Of a DNA stretch of 64,000 bases, positions 24,770 through 38,715 are shown piece after piece; within the stretch, counting starts at the first letter, position 1; each line of letters opens with the position of its first letter. The stretch is from assembly GCA_029953675.1 (NCBI GenBank), contig JAMWBK010000001.1:2046001-2110000 (forward strand). Direction: 5' to 3'. The notes under the pieces were generated by a model. It saw only the letters and a list, made by a program, of their open reading frames with translations. It had not been told where the DNA came from and made no database searches. Origin of the DNA: Rhodosorus marinus CCMP1338 (Eukaryota > Plantae > Rhodophyta). A program made the translations under genes and the position numbers.

Positions 24770-27650
24770 CATGTAAGCTCAGGCGACGGTGGCGCGCCTC
24801 GGCAAGCATGTTGCTAGATTACCGCCAGAGCGCGATACTTAGACGGCGGAGGAGCGCCAGATATTCTTCAAGATGTTCGGTAAAACTCTTACGTAGCCAT
24901 TCAAAGCTTGACTTTTCCAGATGCCCGAAGGGTACCACAATGAAAGGCTGGAACCTGTGACCGGCCCTCTTCCCGGGGAAGACTGGCCATGCTCTCAGCG
25001 TACCGTCGTTCCTTCACGCGGCGAAGTACAGAAGCTGCTCCCCCTGCGGAGAGCGGCAGAAGGGAGATATGTACCGGACAGGGGGCAAGTGACAGCGAAT
25101 TCCACATATGCTGAGCGTCTGGCGGCTGCGTCCGAGACCAGGAGATCTGCGATGCAACGAGTAAAGGTGGTTGCGGAGGGTGTGCTAGGCAGTGCCGATT
25201 CCACCCCGACCGTGTAGCCAACTCTTGTCAAGTGTTCGCTCAGGATGTATTTCAGGCGCGTGTCTCCCTTCGTGCGATTACCTCGCAGTAGTCCGTAGGA
25301 GCCCAGAAAATGGTACCCACATCCGTAGATACGGCTCGCACATCCTTGGCAGAAGGAAGCGCGATTAGAATGCCAAGGGGTCTGTGGCAAACCCAAGTAG
25401 ATGCGTGCCGCAGTCCGGAACTGGAAGGCGTCCAGTCGTTGGCCCGGTGACGAGGACAGAGTGGTTAGCCATAGGTGGGATAGATGGCCTCCCACGCCCC
25501 GTAGACGAGCCGCAGTGGTAGGCGGAGTAAGTGGTGAGTTGAGCAAGATTGCGTGAGCAGCTCTGTGTTGGCCCCAAGTGAGGCTATGTTGGATCACATC
25601 AGTGCGGGAGCTCCACGATCTGCTGATACCCGGGTAATCGGCCGCGGGTGACTGTGGGCTGGCTTCCCCATTGTCGGCCAGCACGCGATTAACCATAGAT
25701 TCCACTACAGACTAATCGAGTCCCCTTAGCATCTCCTTCCAGGAACTGAACTTAGATCGATTCTCTTCCGGCACCGCAGTGCACCGACGAAATGCCTGTT
25801 GCAGGCCGTCATAAATGCGCAGTAACGGCGGCGGAAGGTTGACTGGGTCATCGTCCGTCGGCGCCCAACTTTAAAGGCAGGCACTGCGGAACCTAAATCC
25901 CACAAGGGTATGAAGAGCGGTGGCCCAGGAGACTACCGTCGCAGTCGAGCAGACAAGACGCCGGTCACTCACTCCAAAGCCTCCCAGGCGCAAGGGTAGA
26001 GCCACCTGAGCCCGTATCAGGTCCCTGTCAGGTGCCGATGCCGAAGCAAGTGGTTCGTCTAAGAGAGTGCCCAAACGTGTTAGCGTCACCTCGTCCGCCT
26101 TAGCAACAATCCACGCTCCCCATTGCGGTGGAAGACTTCGCAGGCAATATTTGAGACTGGGAGCCCGCACAAAAGAAAAAAATTCGGGAAATCATTTACG
26201 CCGGTTGCAGTACCGTCAGGAAGGCGCTCAATGGCATCTGTGCGCTGCCTGTGCCGGGCTAAAACTCGTTCGCAGGAGGATTCCACGAAGTTATCACTCC
26301 CCAACCCAATACCATGATCTATCAGACCCTCAGCTTGGGAAATGTGCCTGAGAGCGTCGGGCAGACTGCCCGGAGGGGTTTCTCTGGTGGAAGAAAACAA
26401 CACTTCTCCGGCTCGACTATCAACCCCACCTCACTTGCTAAGGCTTGGATCCTGGTCAATCCCCGATCTAAGCGTAGAGCTACCCATCAACGTCACATCG
26501 TCATGATATGCACAGATACTTAGGTCCTCGATCTCGGTCGCGAGTTGCAACAGAGCGAGCTGGAAGGCACAGGCGTGAAGGACCGGCCCACAAGGGTCCC
26601 CTTGTTGTACCCCCGTGTATGCTTCAAACACTTCACCCCCCTCAGACATGTAGGGGAGGCCTCCTCACCCCTAGATCCCAGCTGAAAAAGGCAAAGCCTC
26701 AGGAAAAAACCCTTCGAACCACCTCCAGTGCGTGCGTCCGGGATACGCTGTTGAAAGCGTTCCGGAAATCAATAACGAAAGATGCCCCAGGCCGGCTTAG
26801 TGGCCCGCTCGAGCTCGATCGTATGGTTAATCAGTTCGCATCCCCCATACAACCCCACTCCCACTTGGAGAGGAGCCAAAAAAGCTTTAATATGCTGGCG
26901 TAGTCGCTGGCATAGCCACCTCCCCGCTAACTCCCGGATGCTCTCAATCATTCCAATGGGCCGAAGACGCGGGCTCGATGCTCAGGCGAGTTATCGGCTT
27001 TTCGCAAGCAAACAAATCTGCGCCCGCCGTAAGTGTGCCAACGGTGTGGACGCGCTACAGGTCCTGTCAAAAAGGCGTTCAGAATCTTCACCAGTGCGCG
27101 TCGGCCCGTCTCGCTCAAAGCCTGCCATAGTTCGAAGGCCTGAAGGCCCGGGGGAAGGTCCGCGGCGGGAGGACTGGAGAAGTTCCTCCAATTCGGACTC
27201 TCGAAGCGTCATATCTATGCGAAGGTGGGCCAACTCTGGTCGGTCGAGAAGGGACGCAAAATTGGGCGGGAAATCCACATCGGACGACGGAAATATGGCG
27301 GATACCGGTTCCGCAAGCCGGTCATCATAAGGGAGGACAGGCCCCTGTCCCCCCAAAACCGTGCCGCTCGACTCAAATCGCCAACCTCCACCAAATCTTT
27401 CACCCAAGCCGTCACTTGCGAGGAACCCGTGGACTGGACCGTGCGCCCCGAGGCCTCGAGCGACGTCATGTACACACTTTGCAAAACCTCAAATTCCCCT
27501 CGCAGGAACAATGCGAGCCGGTCCCGGACAGCGCTGATGTGCGAGCTGGGGCCAGGATCAAACGCGGCATTATCCCCAAGAATTCCCACATAGCCACATT
27601 CCACAGATTGCGGCCAAACCCGCAAATATGAAGTCCAAAATACACCCAGC
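24770..27650 (-). pseudogene. RT-RLE polyprotein, broken by frameshifts and stops
   Basis: The motifs above are spread over several ORF-track frames (27215-27625, 26991-27407, 26769-26951, 26431-26649, 25871-26170, 24995-25705, 24901-25221). Confidence 0.85.
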
Positions 27651-28706
27651 CTGTAAGAACTCCCTGCGAGGCAGTACTACCGGTGGAATCCGGCCGCTCA
27701 GAGGAAGTGAGACCCCAGACGAAGAAACCCACCCCGAAGCCAACTTCGAAACTGCGTTCTCCAAGCACCCCAGTCCCCTCCCACCTGCTCAACGTGACCC
27801 TTTAGGTCCAGGGGCTGCGACATCGCAGCCGTACCAGCGGAGCTAATGATCCTTCTCCCCGTTAGACTCTGGGGAGTCGGTCCTTTCTCGCTTGCCTGGT
27901 AGTCGTACTAAGGTATTGGCTCTTCCACTGCGCGAGGCGCGCGTGAGGGTGCCCGGGGCGTCCAGGAGGGTCGTTGGAGTATCCTACACCGACATTCCAT
28001 CCAGTTCTCGTTCATTGCCTCCCTCCACGGAGGTAGTGGTGGCGCTTAAACCCTCAAGCACGTCCGTGCGCTGTAAGTCCCCCTTGTACCGCGACTGTAA
28101 GACCAACCGCCGCTCTCGATCAACGTAAGTCGACACTGCTTCACGAAGATGGCGCGAACCGGGCCGAAATCGCGCCAACAGGAGCCTCTCAATGCGGTGA
28201 ATGCGGAACCAATGGATGGCCGCCACCTTTACACTGCACTCCCTCTCAGAAAGTCCGGCAATCTGTCCCGGTGCCAGGAAATGCCCAGAGAAACGGTCAA
28301 ATGCAAAATGGAGAACCACCTGGGGGTTCTGGCGTAACCAGCGGGCGCCTACTGGCCACTGGTCTGTGGGCTTCGGAGCAGCGCCTGAAGATACGCGGCT
28401 GCAATCGATATCACAACGAACAGAACATCGCGTCCCTCGTAGTTTGCGAGAAGGAAATCCTCGCGCTTGCAGCCCAATGATTCCGCAAAGGTATGCCTGA
28501 AATCCAGCATTGACGGGACCTGCCCCCGTGTGAGCTTCGGGCGCACATTGCGCACCCAAAGAAATTGCAAAAGTGTTGCCGAGTTTCCCTCATTCTCCTC
28601 ACGCGGTGGTAAAAACCGGACCATTGTAGCTGTGCGCGCTGCCGTAGTGCCTCGCCTGAACACCGAACAGTACGAGGGAGGCCCGCTTGGGATTCCCTTA
28701 ACCTCA

Positions 28707-28911
28707 ACCCACGGGCGCCGTCTTGGACGTGTGTGAAGATGTCTACCCTACCTTGGGAGGACATTCAGCAGGTAAGTCCACTCCCAACCCATTTCCCTTA
28801 ACCTTAACACTTCCCTTAACCTTAACCTGGGTGGGAGGGGACCTACCTGCCGAATGTCCTCCCAAGGTAAGGTAGACATCTTCACACACGTCCAAGACGG
28901 CGCCCGTGGGT
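28707..28911. repeat. Long foldback: ~85-bp arms around a (CCTTAA)-rich loop
   Basis: acccacgggcgccgtcttggacgtgtgtgaagatgtctacc... pairs with ...ggtagacatcttcacacacgtccaagacggcgcccgtgggt. The loop contains ttcccttaaccttaa twice. Confidence 0.95.
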
Positions 28912-31900
28912 AGACCATCTGGGTGACCACCAGTCCCCGAACACGGGTGCTTGTTGGGAACCCCGTTTCCATACGCAAAATCCGCACTGTCCCGAAGGGA
29001 TTCAGAGCCCTCGCTTGTCCTGGGACAGGTGCATATTGACTGATTCCTGATTTTGACTGCCTTGAGGTCTAGCGGCCACCGTAGCCTCGTTGTCCACTGT
29101 CAAATTGGCATCCGCTGTCAGCTCCGATTCCAGCGCACAGAGACGCTGGGGGAGCTGCGGTAGGACGCCCTTATCCCCGGCGGCGGTGACCAAGCTGGTC
29201 ACTGCCGACAAAAGGGCACGCAATTGCGGGCCAGACACTCCCTGCAGATCCACCACCGTCGAGAAAGGGCCTGAGCTCAGCAAACTCGAGGTCCGCCTGC
29301 TATCAACACCTCCTTGCTGTGAGGCTCCGCGTCCAAGGGAGCGGGGCTCGGGGAGACCCCAACCATCACGAGAGAGTGTGGTGAGGAGACTTTCCACCAC
29401 ACAACCCCGGCCAAAAACCAACCCGGCCCAACCCGAAGAGACAAAGACCGCACAACGAACCCCCAACAAGAAGAGAGAAAGCCCCAGGCGCAAACCACAC
29501 AACGCGAAACAGCGGTGGGAAGGGCAACCAAAGGAAGCGCCTCCCACGGAAGAACACAATCGTGACCGTAAATTACTCAAACCCGAACCTCGAGATGTGT
29601 AAAAGATGTTGGAGACTGCACCCTCCGGACAATGGCATGTCCTGCGCCGTAAAGCGAGGCTAGATGAACATGGGGGACCAAGCCGAAATCGATCTATTCT
29701 CGTCAGGAACCGACGTGTGAACGGACCCAGCTGCGTAGCAGAACTAACTCAAGAGTTGGCCAATTCCAACTTCAAAGATTTTGCCTGTATTTGATGGAGA
29801 AGCAGTTTAAGTTGACGATCATGTCCACTTCCGCGTTGCGTTATAACCCAGGGTTGCAACGCACACAGGAACGTTAGAAACCAGTCGGAAATGGTAGGGC
29901 CCGACGCTACAGTGGCTGTATTAGTAGTCAGCAGTCAAGACGTCCCCAGTTCATTCAGCTGAACGTGCTTCTTCGCCCAGTACTTAAGACCACCACCCCT
30001 ACTGCGATGGAATAAACCAGCATGACCACCAACCCCCCCTACTCAACAAACTCAGGATTCTTCCACGGTTGGAGTTGGCGTCAACTATTCTAGCCTAGGA
30101 ATCTTGTCCCCATTTTCACGCTTGCTCGCTCGCTCGGATTAACCGTACCCCCCCCGTGGACGTCTTGATTCTTTCTAAAGTTCTGTTGGACAAGCGCGAG
30201 AGTCGTTCAAGCCAGGCTGATGCTCTTCGCAGCGAGCCCGCTGAGTCCGAGACCGAGACATGCCTGTTGCTCTTTATAACACGCGAAACGTCGAGAATCG
30301 AATGAAGGCTAACGACTGAAGGTACCCTCGCAACTACTCTGGGTGAAAGGGCAACTGAGCGATGCCGTTCCACAGCTTCTCCAATACGCGGTGGAATGAA
30401 GGAGCGAGTGGATCGCGCGTCCTTTCGCAGACTGAAGGGCGCGACCGTTCAGGGATCGTATCCAATATTCTTCAAATGGAATGAAAAGGTTTACTTTGTT
30501 ATGTTTTCCGGGTGACCGTTCGAGCAAACCATAGAATTCGACCCGGTTGTGTTGGCTTGTGTTTTTCTCGAGAACCTTTAGGACGCGAGCGCTGAGGAAG
30601 ATGAACGAATTCGAGGGGATCGATTTGGGCCTTGCCCAGAATCTTTTAATGGAGAGGTCTTGAAGCTAAACGTATCAAGTCCGTGACTTGCTCATGAGTT
30701 CAAACCTCCGTTGCTCTCGGAACGCTTTTGGGGCGCCTCTTCCTAGCTAGCAGGAGTTAGTGGTTGTGTTTAACAGCGTCTTGTGAGGACAGCGCACTCA
30801 TGAGCGATGACAGAATTGCGACTCGAGACTAGTCACCACTGAACGGTTCCACGTAGTGGTGGTGGGGAGTAGTCGCTGTTGTTATATCTTAAGCGTTGAG
30901 TAGGTCAGCAGTCTCCAACTCAATTCCTGCATTGCTCTGGGCCTTCAGTATTGGCTGCGGTTATGAAAGCGGCTGCCCGTATGGTCCATGCGCATTGCTG
31001 AAGATCTCGGAAATGGGGTCTGCCGTAAGCACAACAGACTTTAGAAACGGTGGTAGCCAGACATCCTGCCATAGGGCCAAAGCGTAGGTTGGAGTCTTTT
31101 CCTCACTAGCTTGACTCTTCTTCAAACAGTCTGTTGCCTTTCACGAGGACGCTCCTACGCATTGTCTTTTTTTGAGGCGCCATAGTGCAAACTAATACTT
31201 CCATTCAGTGGATTAGAACCTTTAGAGGTTGCTGGAAACGTGTTTCTGTCGACAAGCCGTGATGACGTTTAGGGATGGTTAGAATGTTCTCCTGCTACTT
31301 TTACATTGCAGCAACCCCGGACTAAAATAACCGCCGATCACTACTACAACGGCACTTCACAAGCTGTCCTCTACGGTTGCCTGTCCAACAATAAGTATTA
31401 CAGAATCGTGAATAACTGGGCTTCTATCCTTCTAAGCCTTTTTTCTAGAGTGCAAGACTCTGACAAATGCTCTTTGAACGACTTCAAACGTCTTGGCTGC
31501 TCCGTGCCTGTCCTTCGCAGCCAGAACCAAAGCTCTTTGTTCTGGTCCTTTTAAAGTCCATCCGAAAGGCATCCGATCGGGATGGGTCTCAGGATACTGA
31601 AAGAGAAGGGACGCTTTTGTTTCTGCTCGGGGGCGTCTTTCCATTCTTCACACTCGTTGCAGTCGCTCCGGTCAAAGATCTCATGTACCTGTTAAGGGCT
31701 TCAAAGTGACGTTCCTCAATGAGCGTATAGTCGGCCTAGTACGACAAAGTACGCCAGCGCATCGGTATGGTTTTCGAGACACCCAAAGAGCTTTCGCTTC
31801 TCCAACTGCGGGGAGTCTGAAAGGCTCGAGCGGATGTGAGTGCCCTTGTCTTCTTCCACAGCATGCTCGTCAGATGAAATTTTTGATAAGCCTGCCTGGT

Positions 31901-34569
31901 ACCACTTTGCTCTCGTGTGGAGGTGACTAAGTAGCAGAGTTCTCTGAAAAAAAAAAAAAAAGGTGGAGCGATGATTTCGGGCTTCTGGAGCTTTTCTCGC
32001 TTGGCTTCGAGGAGCTTCCAGATCTTCTCTAGCGTCGTCCAGATCCATTGAACCACTGGTCAATCTCGAGCGGGGCAGCGGCCACCATAGAATCAGAATG
32101 GACATTGATGTTCCTATCTATCAAGACAAAGAACCCGACCTAAGCAAAGAAAGATATACGCTTCTCATTCGTGAATTTCTTGGCCTGGAAGACAGTAACC
32201 GCGCCGCGCAAAGGATTCGTTTATGCTTTCTTTTTGCTGTCTAGATCTGTTTATCTATGAAAGCACTGCAGAGAAGGCTCAAAACCGTGGCCAGTATCTG
32301 TAGTGTTCGATTGGTCACTTTCAAAACGTTTTGTGGAGCTCTACAACTTGTTTCTGATGAGAAGTGCTATACTCCGACGTCAATGCCTGTCATAGAACAT
32401 TCACTAGCTTAGAAACCCATTCCCGGAAGCGCAAAGCCAGTCAACATATCTTGCTCAATATGACTGTGTCCGTTCAAGCTGCGAGACCCTTCCCGAAGAC
32501 CCATCCCCAGAGACCTTTACCTCCTTGACCGGTCGAATAAGCAGTGTTCTTTATGACGTTGGTTAACCCTTTGAGCGAAGAGGCTGGACCAGTTTTGGGC
32601 CAAAGTAAGCTGCCCTTGGTGTTTTCTTGGACAACTACCTCTGCCTTCCGCCGGACTGCTGTCTTTGCGTGAAGAAGGCTTTCGGAACGATCGGACGTTC
32701 GAGTGCTTCACAGAATAAGGTCAGTCCTGGGCGATCAGACCGCTCCACGAGCACACGACATGTCAATCTGGACTTTTATTCAGTTTGAAACAAGCCGACG
32801 AGAGTCCTGGTTCTAGCGGGATGAAAAACTGAGAGTAAGCGAAGGGTTTCCATCTCTGTCTGCCTGGGGCCTTTCGAGATTGATGTCGATGTTGGCCACT
32901 CTATGAACAAATTCAGCTTCCAGTGGACAATTTCTAGACGCTGGTTGGTCATCAACTGCTCGGGTGGTTAGTCTCCACTGTGGACAACGTTCGAACGGTC
33001 GCCGAAGGATGACCGCTCATAACTAATCGCGACGCTAGTCAATGAAATAAGCGTCTTTAGTTCACAAGTAGATTCATAGAAGTCCGTTTAAGCTCTCAAA
33101 CGTTTGAGTCAGTCGCAGCATACTCTCTAGGAGGTACTTTTCACTGTTCACCGCAACCCCACGGTGGTCTGCGTTGCGTGGCTTGCGAACAGTCCGCTAG
33201 GAGTAGCTGATGGACTGGGCCTCACAAACATGTGGAAAGAGGCACTTGGAAGTCAAAATATTCAGTTCCACACGAGATTTCTCACCAAAGGCCGCATAAG
33301 GTACCCTTCATAACTTTCACTTCCGAAGGTAGCACGGTCACATACCAGAATCCCAATCCCACAGCTGAACCCTTTCGGCCGACTCGGTTTTATGGATTTG
33401 TGCATGTTAAGACTATCATATGAGCTTCATTACCTGGACTCGGCCCACTCCATGTTCCTCCCTTCCCCCTACAAGAGACAGCGGCCTCAAACGCCAAACG
33501 TTTCTCAACGCCATTGTTTGAATCTCGGAACAACTTTCCGTGAGATTCAAGGGCTTGGCATAGCAATGCGCCTCTCTAACCAAGGGAACCAGAGAGCGCC
33601 AGCGGCTTAGGCGAAGGGTTCACTAGCTGACCGGAGCCATTCACTGGATGAAGAGGGAGTATTCGCATCGTTTGAGTGACTTGCGGCTTGAGCTAGAGCT
33701 GACAAGGAGACCGTTGTGGCGTCTGAGCAATGACGGTTGTGGACGCGCTTTTCCAATGTGCGGCAGTTGGGATAGGTGCTCCGCATTGTGCTGTGGAGGT
33801 ACTTGTCTTCGTATACGAGCGCTTATTTCTGGAAGGAGAATGATAACAAATCAAGTGACTTCTGTAAGCCTTGAGTAAAAACCCTTTCGGCTGGGCGGGC
33901 TCTGTACGAGATGAACTCATCACGTGGACTTGCTGGGACTAACTGGGAGAGCAGCTTCACGCTCATGGATGGCTCGAACTCGGCCCTTGCTGTTGTAGGA
34001 GGGCTTTGCTGACTGGCATGCTTCTAGCACTGTGTTCGAATAAGCATGATCGCTGTCGTGGTAGTTGACGTGTTTCGGTGGTTTTACAAACCTCATGAAG
34101 CTAGGGGCGATGTGATGGAATCTGCTTCTACTGAATGATCCGAACGGAACTGAACAGTTTAGTTCAGTTCAGCCTGAACTCTCCGCTACGTTAAAAAAAA
34201 AGGCTCCGACGGGGTATGGATTTTCAGCCAACGGCAGCGACCGACCGTTCGAGAAGCTGCCTAGGAAGCACTTCATCCCAAGTACTGGACTCGCGGAATA
34301 GTTGTTCAATGGGCGTCAGCGGATGCACCTAAACGGTGATTCCAAGCTCTGGACGTCAGTGATTATCGCGCATCAAGATTCCGGAACCAGTTGCTTCCGA
34401 CTAAAAACCTCGCGTTCGTTGTTTTATCTATGATTTGCTCTCCAGATGCGCGCTCGATCTTCAGCGTTCGAATTTGATGACGGACTTGCTCTACTGTGTT
34501 CTACAGAAACAGAACCGCAACAACGGACAGACATCTGTCCCCGGATTGGAAAGTGCGGATTACTAGGTG

Positions 34570-37300
34570 AAACTAATCAGCAGATATTGATTTGAACTGA
34601 GCCACATGTGGAGTTAGCAGAACTTGTCGTGTTCTCGTCGAAGCGAGAAGGAGGCGAATAGACGGGTCGCTGTCAGAGTCAGACACATCGTCCGTCGATA
34701 TGTAAAACACAGTCCGGCAGCGTTTCCTCAGGATAGAGTTTCGATCAACCGGAGCTCTCGTCGTGGATGAGCTACGGGGGTTGATAACGCCGATTGCTAT
34801 GCGCACATTATCGGATCTTGTGATTGATTCCGTGACCACTGCTTGTTCTTTTAAGGTCTAAAACAAGCGTCATCCTGACGCGGCCGTAGCGGACCTCGGC
34901 AAGCGTACTTCTATCCTCTATAGGGCGACACAAGCCATAAATAGTTCCATCCAAAAGTTCTTCTCTCTTTTACATGCTTGCCTTTGTTGTCCTGCTTGCT
35001 CATTTAGGGAAGACGAAGACGAAGGCTAGCAAACGAGAGAAGAGCATATCCATGGGTCTGTCCGATATGAGCCCAGCTTATGATGTCACTTCGATACATG
35101 GGCAAAACCGACATAAAAATACTAGAAACGAACGAACGGAAGCACCTCAGGATGGTCTGCAGGATATTTACGAGACCAATCCGAGCTGGACTTTTCGAGG
35201 TCACCAAAGCTCCCTACAGTGGAAAGCTGAATTCGTTGAGCCCTGCCCTCAACGAAGGTAACCGCATACCCTCGTTCTTTCTGTTGCCTTCTTAACTATA
35301 AATAGAGCCAAAAAAAAAAAATGTTTTGCGGATGTGTAGAGGACCCGTGAGTTCGGTGGGAACCGCAGACAGTGGCGCTAAAGAACGAAAAATAGAGCCT
35401 GTAAGCCTACAGAGCATGCTCATCATAGCACTAGTTTGCATATTAGTGTGAGCGATCACGTCGTCTGCTTCAGTGCAGCGGACTCGAACTTTTCAGTACA
35501 TGAATCTTGACTGGGCCCCGTCTTCGGGGTTTTTGGAACTGTGTTAAATCAGAAATATAAGGGACTTCGTTCCGCCCTCGTGCAGACAGTCGAAGCTACC
35601 ACTCAGAAGGGTTCTGGGTGTGTCCGTTCAGTTTTCTGGAGTTTCACCGCCCGAACCCTCGCGCGGCATCGAGTCAATGCTACTTCGCTTCCGTCAAACA
35701 ACTGCCAGATATATTTGCCGTTTTGAACTCGCAGCATTCGCTTCCTGACCGTTCAAAGACATGCAAATGTCCGTACAACCATCTCTTTCATGACGGAAGG
35801 AGCTCCGAATTTCCGTTCAGTGGCTAGTGTGCGGCTCGTGTGCACCACTTTGGCACAGGCATTTCCGGAGAGTATCAGGAGATGTTGTGACACCGCCAAG
35901 ACTCGATATGCGAGTACGGGTCAAATCCTCTGAAGGCCTTTTAGAACGTCTTTCTTGATAGTTTTGCTATCCACACGACTTCTCCTTGACTCTTCGTTCA
36001 TATCCTTGAGCTATATCCTCTCAGTCTTTCCGTTGGAAACTTTTCAAGGTGTTGAGTTTCAGTTCACTTTGTTTGAGAAGACGCTGGCGGGCTTTGTACC
36101 AAGGTTTGGACAAGACTGGCAATTGCCTCTCGGAAATGACCTTTGCCCGCTTCATTCAAGATGTCAGATGATTCATTGTGAACGTGGTCAGAGGCTTTTG
36201 GTCCCGTTCTAGTCCCATCGGAGTAGAGGAAACTGTCTCTAAAACCTGGAGATGCGTCCTTAACATGGAAAACACATTCAATTAGGCTCTTGAAGCCGGC
36301 CACGGAGATTACTTTAAGGCCCACTTTACTGTGAGGTTTGGTGTTTTGGTTCGTAAACCCACTGCCTGGGTTCAGAATAATGACGGAGACGAACCATTCT
36401 TGTTGGACATGGAATGGTGAACGAAAGGACGTAGTCGCCAACATCCGAAAAGCGCAGCCAAAGGGGAACGAACTCGAGGTGTTTAGGGCATGAAAAAGCC
36501 AGTTTTGGAAGCTTTGACCGGTAGCGCGTAGCGTTTTCTTCCACAGAATCCTCCCGGTATGCGTCCATGAAGACTACAGGTCTAAGTCTGTCAGATTCTC
36601 AGACAAGCAGTTTCGTCAAATCGTGTCGCTAAAATCGCAGCATTCGCCGTCTTTCAAACGGCCCGGCTTCACTGTGGCCTAATCTCTATACTTTCTGCAG
36701 CAGTGCTCCGTACGGGTGTTGCTAAACCGCATTAGAGGATCACGACCCAGTCAAAAAACAAAAGAACCCTCAGAGAGAGAGAGATAGATGGGGTCTTCAT
36801 CCCCAGGTGAGCGTAGGACGCTGAACGAACAAGGCAAGACAGGATTTTGGTTCGTACTAAGGTGGCTACTCCACGTGCGTATGGATGTCTAGACTTGGAG
36901 ACCTTCCTAAGGTACCTCTTCAAGTAGCTAAATTTTTTTTTCCGTCCACAAACCGGTGCCTGCCTTCTAGATAGTGAAGAAGTCCGCCCCGCCTGCACCA
37001 CTTGGCGTGATAGTATGCCTAGTAGAGGTAGTTGAAGCGCCCGTAGATCTGGGAATGGACAGGGCTGGTCTTCTTTGTTCGCTGGAACTGGTCGAACTGT
37101 GGAGCAGCCTTGGGTGTCAGACCCCAATTCCAGTCTTTTCTCGGTGGGTGTTACGAGTGAATGGATGGATAGACTTAAGGAGTGAATTGTCGTGGACGAC
37201 AGGAACGTATGCCCTTTCAAACTATCATTTTTGAAATGAAGAACTAATGGTGGAATTGATGCGTTTGGATGATGTGACCTTGCGTTTTGGAGACGGTTGC
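34570..37300 (-). mobile_element. Highly decayed L1/Tx1-like LINE (AP endonuclease + RT remnants); boundaries approximate
   Basis: Ordered degenerate motifs on the minus strand: ARGVATLVRT (~36860), GECCDFS (GDFN-like, ~36635), MDAYR, FVEGR..GDLEKSSSDW (~35195), QSQDP, FYISTDD (~34690). Many stops and frameshifts. Confidence 0.5.
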
Positions 37301-38715
37301 TGGACAAGCCAAGCCCATGGGCGCGTTCGGGACGGATTGCGGCGCCCCGGTTGTCGTTTTGAGGTCTCCCTGCGAGTTGTCAGGAACTTCTAATCTATCA
37401 GCCTGTAAGGTATATAGTAAACGTATGCATGGGTCCTGGTGGTTCATGTGTCTCCTTCTATCGCAAGAGAAGACATCCCACGGATGGGAATCTAAACCGT
37501 TGTCATACGGTTGCGCTGAATTGACGGCGACGTGTCTGTTGAGAAAGGACTAGTTTTCTCTCCAATAATCCTTGAAAGATTGTTTGAAAAGCATGCAGAG
37601 AACGGGAAAACTCTCAAGGCTTCCTTCACATGTCCTTGAGGGTGTTTTCACCAGTCAAACTCAAGAGCTCAATGTTGGGGGGAGGGCAGAACCACCCGTG
37701 CTTTGCGGGGGACGATTGGGGAAGACCGACTTCTAAAAAACGTATTAAGACTATTCTATTAGATGATGTTTAGTCATAGAAATCGTTTTGCAAGGACGGC
37801 CAGTAGCCCGTGTCCACAGGGCTCCCTGACAAAGCACAGATTTTAAACCCGAACGACTCTCCCGCCGCGGGGGTTCAAAATCGTTGGCCGACTCAGTTCA
37901 AAGGACTCTGGCTCATAATATGTCTATCTCTAGGCCATTTCACACCCGAAAACCTCTTCCGTTCTCCTTCTCAGACCCGAATGTCCGCACCGCTGACAGG
38001 CTGCAGGCTGCGGGAGTCTAGCTGAGCCAACAAATTTTGAATTCCGATTAAAAACCAATGTTTTCTTCGTTGGCCGGTGCGCTAGCGCGCAGTCCATTAC
38101 AGCGTTGCATTTTATCAAGGCAGAAGTGTCAGAGACGGAAAACTGCATTCTTCTGTTGTTGAATAGGAGGCTGAGTGGATCTGCAGTGCGACCTATTACG
38201 AGAAACCACCACTACGAACAGGTAACTCGTGGCAAAAGGGTTGGCGGTGGGGGTTCTCGTACGCTTCTCAGTGGCGCAGAGCCGCGTTATGGGCGGGCTG
38301 ACCAGCTGCAATGGAAACTAGGTAAATTTTTGTGAGGGAACGATTGGACTGTTCATGAAAACCCTTGAAGCTGTAAGCAACGTGGGTGTCGGCGGCTGTG
38401 ACGATGAAGCCCTAGTCCCAGCTTAGAATCGGATGGTTTGGGAGTGCCCTATGGCTACTGCCATAGGGCACTCCCAAACCATACTAAACAGGAAGACCGG
38501 CCATGAAAAAATCTTTTTAATTGATTCTGATGTTTTCAACTTGCAACGAGGTCGTTCGAAAGTCCTTGGACAATGTCATCCTGGATTCCTGCTTAAGGTA
38601 CTGAGTTTTCAGTCCAGGTCTAGCTGAGGTCAATCTGTACAGACACGTAGTTGACAAGACCCGAAATGCCTGGGAGATAAGCGCGATGAATAAAGCTTTC
38701 TCCGTTTAGTCTCGT

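Larger units (their letters stand above)
24719..29621 (-). mobile_element. Near-full-length, decayed CRE-like non-LTR retrotransposon (RT + C-terminal restriction-like endonuclease)
   Basis: RT motifs GDLSRAARF, SPGPSGLR, IPMGR/RPIGMIESIRELAGRWL, APLQVGVG, VQQGDPCGP, AYHDD. C-terminal Cys/His region CQGCASRIYGCGYHF, endonuclease CIADLLVSD..YVEFAVTCP..RRVKERRY. 3' tail at ~24722. Direct repeat CCTCCGGACAnnGG at 24705-24718 and 29622-29635 (probable TSD). Confidence 0.88.

Noticed and set aside
27628-29602. Many plus-strand GC-rich ORFs over the retroelement
   Set aside because: These are antisense shadows of the GC-rich minus-strand element coding sequence.
36200-36240. FLYSDGTRTGPK resembling an RNase H YTDGSK motif
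   Set aside because: It lies between the EN and RT remnants of the decayed LINE, whereas LINE RNase H is C-terminal to RT; no other RNase H residues are seen.
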